A model generated the notes under the pieces. It saw only the letters and a program-made list of their open reading frames with translations, had not been told where the DNA came from and ran no database searches. Below, one piece after another: positions 52,401 through 64,000 of a DNA stretch of 64,000 bases (its first letter is position 1; the number at the start of each line of letters is the position of its first letter). The position numbers and the translations under genes were made by a program. The DNA is from the human T2T-CHM13v2.0 reference genome, Homo sapiens. The stretch lies in the NCBI RefSeq assembly GCF_009914755.1, contig NC_060928.1. The stretch is one strand, 5' to 3'.

Positions 52401-54635
52401 TTGATCCTTACCCAAGCCACGTACTTTTTCTAAAATATTTCAGGTATTCACTCAGTTCCAGGTTTGGCACATGATGTTGACTGTCTAGAGTCCTCTGGCC
52501 TTTATGTTAGTTTTATTTTTCTCACTCCTGATCATCTGCTAGATTTTGGATTAAACTTCACTTCTGCAAATTATCCTTGACCAGCCTAACCCTTCCCTAA
52601 AGCCATACCTGTGATCCTTTTATGTGATTTAAACACCTTGGACTTACCTTATTTAAGCATTTATCACACACTCACTGCATTATATTTTCCTATTGATCTG
52701 TCTATCCTACTAAATCTAGCAAGCTTCTTAAAAAGTGAGCCTATGACATGATCACTGTTGTATATTTAGCAGCTTACACAGGAACTGGTACACAGGAAGC
52801 ATTTATATTTAAATCAGTAAATCATCAATAAACTGCCTATAATATCTTTGAATCAATAAACTGCTTGTATTTATTCAATTCACAAATATTTATTGATACT
52901 TATTACATGCCAGCCACTATGACAGACAAATTAGATATAGCGGTGAACAAAATAATCAAAGTTTCTGCCCTCATACAAATTAGTGTGAGTGGGAAAAAGA
53001 TAAAAATTGTGATAAATGCCAAAAAGAAAAATTAGATAGCAAATAAAAGAGTATCAGGGTGGGAGGACTAATTTGTATTAGAAAGTGAACCTTCTTTGAT
53101 GTTGAATTCTGAAATAGTTTGCTCCAGTTCAATGGGCAAATTACCTTAATCATGATGTATAAATAAGGAAACCATGTCAGTATAACATGGAAGTTGCATT
53201 GGTTCATACAGTTTTTCCCCCAGCATTATACTATATTATTCCTCCAAATTCTCACGCAGCTGAGTCCAGTTTGCAAGTGACAGAGTGGTATAGTACTATG
53301 CACGCTGCTCATTCACCCCATGCTCCAGCTCTTAGCTTAGTCTGGCCACGTGCTCTGTCATGAAATCAGTATTGCAGGGTCTGCCTACTGGATATACATT
53401 TTCTCTTTATCTCTATAACTCAGCAATCTCAACTTTTTGTTGAAATCCTTCCATAAACGTTCCATTACTGACTTTTTATGGGAAAATACCCTGTATTTAC
53501 TCATATAGCCCTTTATGAATAATGAGCTTAACACATTTTTAAAACTGTTCATATTTTCATTGGAGTTATTACTGATTTGTATTAGTCCATCAATTATAAA
53601 TTTTCAATGTTTCATGAAAATATGAAAATTTCATGTGGTCAGTCCCAGATCTGTTCTCATATATACTTTGTTATTTTCCTGTATTTTATGGAATGAAAGA
53701 TTCTCTAGGAATCTATATATTTTGTTATACTCAAAACTTTATACCTTCCCTGATTTTCCTCTTCCTTCTTAAATTGCTTCCATACAGATTTCTCTGGAAG
53801 TTAATAGATGCCCTGCTCTTCTTGCCATACACCAAACACTGGGCATGTCATTTGGTTCCATCTGTGTACAGAAAACCTGTCCAAATCTACTTGTCTAACT
53901 GTGAACTTGGCCTCTCCATCCAACTTGGCAAGAGTTTTCTGTACACGGCATTTCAAACTGTATGTACTGTCACTAACAGAAATGAAATGTGGAGAAGACA
54001 ATTCAGCTTATCATCTCGCAGTGACAGAACTCTGTGCCTGGTTTCTTTGTCACACTAGGTAGTGCCACTATATCAGCAGCCAGCCACACAGGAAATCTTG
54101 GAGTAATTGTCAACTCATCACTGTTTTTTGTTCTATAGATTCATTTTCTGCAACTCCTTCTATAATTGTTCTTATACTTCCCAAACTTGGCCTTTCTTTA
54201 TTATGCTTTATCCCCTTCTTAAATATATCATATTAAAATTTTCTTATCACCAGACTTTGTGTGGGCCAAAAAGATAAGCATCAAAATCTTTGCTTTGTGA
54301 GACCCAGTACAGGTTATTTAACCTGTCTGAATTTCTATATGCACAATTGTTATAACATTTGACTAATGGCATATAAATTAAATCAGGTGTCAAAAACATA
54401 AAATCAAATTAAAAACAATTGGGCAAACATTTGCCAAAAACCTAAAACATTAATATTATATTTTAATATGTTTACAAGCTATTAAGAAATAGACTGAAAA
54501 CCTAGTAAAAAGATCATTGCAAAATATACATCTTTGGAGTAAATATCCAAAATACATAAGAAATATCCAAAAGACATAAGAAATTCAAACAACTCAATAG
54601 CAAGAAAATAAATAACCTGATTTAAAAACAGGCAA

Positions 54636-54950
<315 letters not shown>

Positions 54951-55399
54951 TCAAAAGAAGACATACAAATTGCCAACAGGTATATGAAAAAAATGCTCAC
55001 CGTCACTAATCATCAGAAAAATGCAAATTAAAACCACAGTGAGATATCACTTCACACTTGTTATTATCAAAAAAATAGAAGATAACAAGCGTTGGCAAGG
55101 ATCTGGAAAAAGGGAAACCATTGCAAATTATTGGTGGGAATATAAATACATCAAGTCATTATGGTAAACAGTATGGAGATTCCTTCAAAAACAATATCTA
55201 TATATAATTACCATATGATCCAAGAATCCCTCTACTGGGTATGTGTCCAAAGAAAATGAAATCAATATTTCAAAGAGATATGTGCACTCCCTTGTTTACT
55301 GCAGCATGATGTGGCTATACCACAATAGCCAAGATATGGAATCAATGTAAGTGTCCATCAACGGATGGATGAATATGGAAAATGTGATATAGATAAATA

Positions 55400-55466
55400 T
55401 ATGTGTGTGTGTGTATATATATATACATATATATATACACACACACACATAGAGAGAGAGAGAGAG
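55400..55466. repeat. Compound microsatellite (TG)n(TA)n(CA)n(AG)n
   Basis: Read directly from the sequence. Confidence 0.95.
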
Positions 55467-56516
55467 AATACTAGTCAGCCATAAAAAGAAGGAAATTCTG
55501 TCATTTGTGACACGATAGATGGACTTGGAAGACACTAAGTTAAGTAAAATAATCCAGGAGCAGAAAGACAAATACCACGTGATATCACTCATTTGGATTC
55601 TTATAAAGCTGATCTCCATGGAAGTAGAGAGTAGAAAGGTGGTTACCAGGGACTGAAGTGGTTGGGGGGATGGAGACCTGGGAGATGTTGGCCAAAGGAT
55701 ACAAAATGTCAGTTTGATAAGAGAAGTAAAAAAAACAAAACTATTGTACAACATTATGACTATAGCTAATAACAATATAATATTTCTTGAAAAATGCTAA
55801 GAGAAAGGATACAAATGTTCTTACCACAAAAATAACTATGTTAATTAGTTAGATTTAGTCTTTCCATAATGTATGTATACTTCAAAACATCCTGTTATAC
55901 ACAATAAATACCTACAATTTTATCTGTCAATTACAAAAGAGAGAGAGAGAGAGAGCACTACAGCCTTCTGGGTATATTCCACTTCTTTGAGAAGTTTTAC
56001 ACTTGACAGTTATAAGCAAATATTACTGTAGGCCACAAAATTATTACTCTAATTGTTGTGCAAAATAAAATTGGTAAAGTATGAATAAGTATCTTAATAA
56101 GAAATGTAAAGGTCTTATTGTTATTTTTGTATCATAACTGTGCAGCCTATTAAATCATGGATTTTTTGTAACAGGCTTGACCCAATCTGATGAACCATAA
56201 TTGGAGGTGGTAAACTTCATGGAAAAATCACTGGACTCGAGATTGGAAGATCTTTACTGATGTTTAGCTTTCTTACTAGCTGTTTGGCCATAGTAAGATA
56301 CTTCCCTGAATTTGAGTTATAAAATGCCAACCATTTTTAATCCTCAGGATTGTTTGAGCAGGGCAACCATAAGCAGATAGGCAGCTTTTGTGTTGTAAAA
56401 AGGCACCCATACAAGAGAAAAAGTAGGCTTAAAGCTCAGTCTGTTCTTCAGTGACCAAATTATAAGTGCTGGAGTTGGGGCCATCTATCAGGAGGAGCTA
56501 TGATATTTTTCTTTCT

Positions 56517-60012
<3,496 letters not shown>

Positions 60013-62479
60013 GACATTTTTCTTTCTAAAGTTTCCTTTGGCTTATTGAGCCGTAAGTTTGCATCTGCTCAGAGAAGGTACTTTTTCTAGTTTACTGAAA
60101 GTTTCCACATAGGTTACCTGACTGTGAAAACTATAACAACAACAACAACAAAACCCTGAGAAACAGCAACTGTAGAAGTCTATGTATATATAAAGTATTG
60201 TTAGTTTTAAAAATTGTTAAGGAAAAAAGAGCAAAGATATGAATAGTTATCTAACAAACTGAAAACTAAAAAAGTAAAATTATGGGAAAGACTTTAATAA
60301 TTCAAGTAACCAGGCAAATGACAATTAAAATAGCTACAAAATATTATCTTTTTATAAAGTTAGTGAATAATTCAATAATAAAAGTCATTATTGAGATGAG
60401 AATGTGTTGAAGAGACACAAACTGCTAGTAGTTTAATTGGTATAAACTGTCTTAATTATTTTTGCAAAATTTATCAGAGCCTTTTAAAAAAATTCTTACT
60501 TAGAACCTTAGAACTTAAAATATAATAATTTTAAAAATCTGACTTAGTAAATTTCCTGAAAGCTCACACTATTAGCATTCTCAGAATTCTCCTTTTCCTA
60601 GGAATATAAATAAAATATAGGACAATCTTGCAATAAATTATGAAGAAATCCATATTGATGAGGTCACATGGCTAAAATAACTTCTTACCTAGCATTCTCC
60701 AAAAAATGAGAGCAATTTAAATAGATGCTTTCATGACTTAGTGCTTCTTTATGTGATAGATTTACTAGGTACAAATCAATTAAAATCTGTGAAATGTTCA
60801 TGCATTTATATGTAGGAAACAAACTTACTTTATTCAGCAGATAATTGAGAGAATATTGTTCAAATGTGTACTTTAGTCTACCAGATGTCTAGCAAGAGGA
60901 GAAACTGTCCTTTAGGTCTGTGTTCATATGCTTTTGTTACAATATTTTCAGATAAACTTTTAATCTGAAGAATATTTGCTATTCTACTTCTTCCTGGTAG
61001 AATTTCTTATTTGGTAGTTTTAAATTTTAAAATAATTATTTTTCTAATCCATTTAATTCCCTAGGGCCTCCCTCTTTCAGTAATTCTTTGAATTCACCAC
61101 AATTTGCTGTATTAACTATCCCCATTTTTATTGTCCGTGATCTCCTCACATTCTCTTTCCCTTTAACTAGCTTAAATTCTGTTTTACATCAGTATAATCA
61201 TTACATTACATAAAATAGCCCCCTTGCCCCTTCTATCTCTCCACAGTTCTTTCCACTTAAATCTAATTAACTATTTACATTAGTTTACACCTTTGTTGCT
61301 GAACATGAATGGAGAAAAATCCATAGCCCATGTTGACAGGTTTTACTTTTAATCAATGACCGCAAACTTCAAGTGAACCCTCACCCCTGCCTGATTAGCC
61401 TACTATGTTTCCCTAGTCATCTCACATTCCTGTTATCTTAAACTTCTACTCATCTATATTTCCTGTCCTCTTTTTTCTTCCAACCATCCCCAGCTCAGAT
61501 TATGACTTTGTTTTCTATTACACTAAGAAAATAGAAGCAATCAGAAAAGAGCTTTCTTATTATCTTCTCACCAAATCTGACAAATCTGCATCTAATTTGA
61601 TTATGGAGGCATTCTGTGTGATTCATTTCTTCTTATCTGAACAATGAAACAGACTCATGTGATAGGTCCACTTTTATTCAATCTATTTCTTTAAAGCTAA
61701 TGTTAAGGTTTCAGGAAGTTACTCTGCAGTTGGTGTTAGGGTATGTATAAGGCTTTTCTGATCAACCCTTTTTCTTTAGTAAATCATGAATCTATCCAAT
61801 GATTCCTGTGAAAGTTAGCCATAAATTATTATATATTGACATCATCTATTAGTAAGAATATTCCAGCTTATGGATCATGTTGCATAATGCATAGCATTAA
61901 CATTAATCTAAGGACTCTTATCTTTGCATTTTCCTTCCCAAAACATTTGCAATTCAGAGCCTTAGATTACAATTCAGGAAACTACTACAGATGTGGAAAG
62001 CAGGAACCTGGTACAAATACCCTTTTCTCTTTCCAATTTGGTTTCAAGATCTATACCACTATGCAATGCTGAACTATACGTGAAACTTGTGGCAGTTCTG
62101 AAAGAAGAATGTGACAGTCTTTAGAGCTTTGGTTCCTTTAGCTCATCTATAGTGTGCTACATATGTGAGATAGTTAAATGTTAGTGAAAAAATGCTGTAG
62201 TGATAGTAGAGTAGAAAAATGATAAAATAAGTTTAGGTTAAGAAATAGAAGCATACACAACTAAATAAATGGAATTCGAACACAATTTCCAAATATGTAA
62301 AATAAATAAGGCTGTATTCCTCAAAAAGATGTTTTAAGCAATGGCACATTATAGACAACATACAGGCACTTCTATCACTGGAGCCATTTGTTTGTAGATC
62401 CCAAGAGTTCTTTCTCTATATTTTTCCTTTTCCCTTGTTCTATGTTCATAAAGATTGCTAAAATAAAACAATAAGAAAG

Positions 62480-62700
62480 CAGTATGATGTACTGGAAAAG
62501 TTAAAAGATTTAAATTCTGGTCTCAGTTTTACTAGTTTTTAGTATTGTAACCCTAGCTTAACTCTTTAAGCCAGAGTTTCTTCAACTGTGAAATTAGGAA
62601 TATAAGATACCTGTAACCTAGGGATATTGTAAAGATCTAATAATTATGTAAGAAAGTGACTATTGAAATGCCTAGCATACTCTGTATATTAAATAACTTT
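62480..62700. mobile_element. MIR SINE fragment
   Basis: AACTCTTTAAGCCAGAGTTTCTTCAACTGTGAAATTAGGAAT...ATTGTAAAGATCTAAT. Confidence 0.6.
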
Positions 62701-62739
62701 ATTTTTAATCATTCCTTCAATTTTGCTTGTACTGTCCTT

Positions 62740-63630
62740 GTCATTATGAAGTGAAACACCCTTCCTAAGCAATCTCAACCATTTCCATAGCAGCAGCTAC
62801 CTATACTTTATGCTGGTGCTCAAATCTACATCATTGGTTCAGGGCTTTTTTCTGAACTTGTTTCTACTTGTAAGTGTCCCGCAAAAAGCTCAAACCCAAA
62901 GTGAACTGTCTTTTCTTACTTTACCTCAAAATGTATCCTTCAGTAACCCGGGGATCGCCTTAGGGCTCTCTTTTTCTTTCACCTCCATTTCCAATATGTG
63001 GACAGGTTTTATCAGGTCTATCTTCTCAACATACCTTTAAAACATCATTGGTTTAGTCAGCATCTTTACCTCTTCCCCCAAGTCTTTGTTCAAGATCTTT
63101 GAACAAGATTTTCAATCTTGTTTTCCTTCAAATGAGTCTCACTGTCACCAAAGTAATTTGTCTAAAGACAAAGGTACAATCTTCTGGCGTCCTCATGGCA
63201 AACAGAATAAGATTTAAATTCTTTAGTTTGATATATAGACTCCCCAACATCTGCAGACATTTTTGAACTCATATGCCTCTTCCTCCACTGTAAGCTCTGG
63301 ATATCATGAGCCTGCAGTTGTCTACACATATTATACTGTCTCATGCTTTCTTGCTTCATCAGTTCTAGTCTTTCATGCCAGAATGGCCCTTCCACCTTAT
63401 GCCCAGCTCAGTTACTTTATCAGCCCATTTATGACCAGTTCATCTTTCCTAGTATCACTTAAGCATTACTCCAAGAAGCCCTCTCTAATACCCTCTCCCT
63501 ATATAGAACAAATCACCTTTTGTGTGACCTCTTCCTATAACTTCCAATTCATTTATGTTTACATGGTTGACTCCATTTCTGCTATTCAAGTTCCTTAAAG
63601 GTAACAACCGTATCTAATTCCTCATGGTGT
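62740..63630 (+). mobile_element. L2 LINE fragment
   Basis: Pyrimidine-rich L2 3' region motifs (CAAACCCAAAGTGAACT, CTCCAAGAAGCCCTCTCT). Confidence 0.55.
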
Positions 63631-64000
63631 ATCCAGTCTGCATAGTCAGTTCAGGAGACAGATGCCACAATCAAAGTCTGTAATTTGAGGAGTGTTCAGT
63701 AATGAGACTTCTCTCAAAGAGTGTGGGCAGGAATTTGGGAAACCAATAAGGAATAAGATAGAATCGGAAAGCTAACATAGAGGGAAGCCATACTGAAGAG
63801 TAAGGGGAGGGAGTAATTACAGAACACAAAGAAGATAATTATATGGAGAGGGCTTCCTGGGGCCCAAGAGCTGTGGCATTTTCTACAGGGATGCTGCCAA
63901 CCTGAAGTAAACCCTGTAGGGAAAGTAACTAGGGCAATAAATACTCCTGCTTCAGTGTCCTCCCTCCGTGCCAGTATTTCCCATATTCTGAACGCAGTCC

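Noticed and set aside
24732-54580. Short local duplications (14-mer near 24732, 12-mer near 29218, 13-mer at 30358/30388, 20-mer at 54541)
   Set aside because: Ordinary slippage duplications with no further structure.

Overview
AT-rich primate (most likely human) non-coding DNA, either a gene desert or the interior of a very large intron. I find no protein-coding exon, RNA gene, CRISPR array or prokaryotic-type system. The only long ORFs are disrupted LINE-1 ORF2 pieces (56.6-59.8 kb). Much of the window is interspersed repeats: young and old L1, five Alus, MaLR LTRs (THE1/MST/MLT1), L2, MIR and DNA-transposon relics. Between them lie repeat-free blocks rich in homeodomain, E-box, MEIS/PBX, FOX and POU motifs (11.4-12.9, 26.2-26.4, 28.0-28.3, 30.8-31.1, 37.7-38.4, 41.6-42.6 kb) that look like conserved developmental enhancers. 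That reading is inferred and needs an alignment. The most notable structures read directly from the sequence: (1) a twin-primed L1PA whose inversion creates a 372-aa chimeric ORF; (2) a second twin-primed L1; (3) a TSD-flanked, internally scrambled ancient L1MC carrying a fold-back templated insertion; (4) two convergent THE1 LTRs with DUX4 motifs; (5) short dispersed duplications; (6) a perfect 52-bp palindromic microsatellite. I cannot support a claim of a new biological system. Repeat subfamily calls come from recalled consensus sequences, and boundaries of old repeats are approximate.
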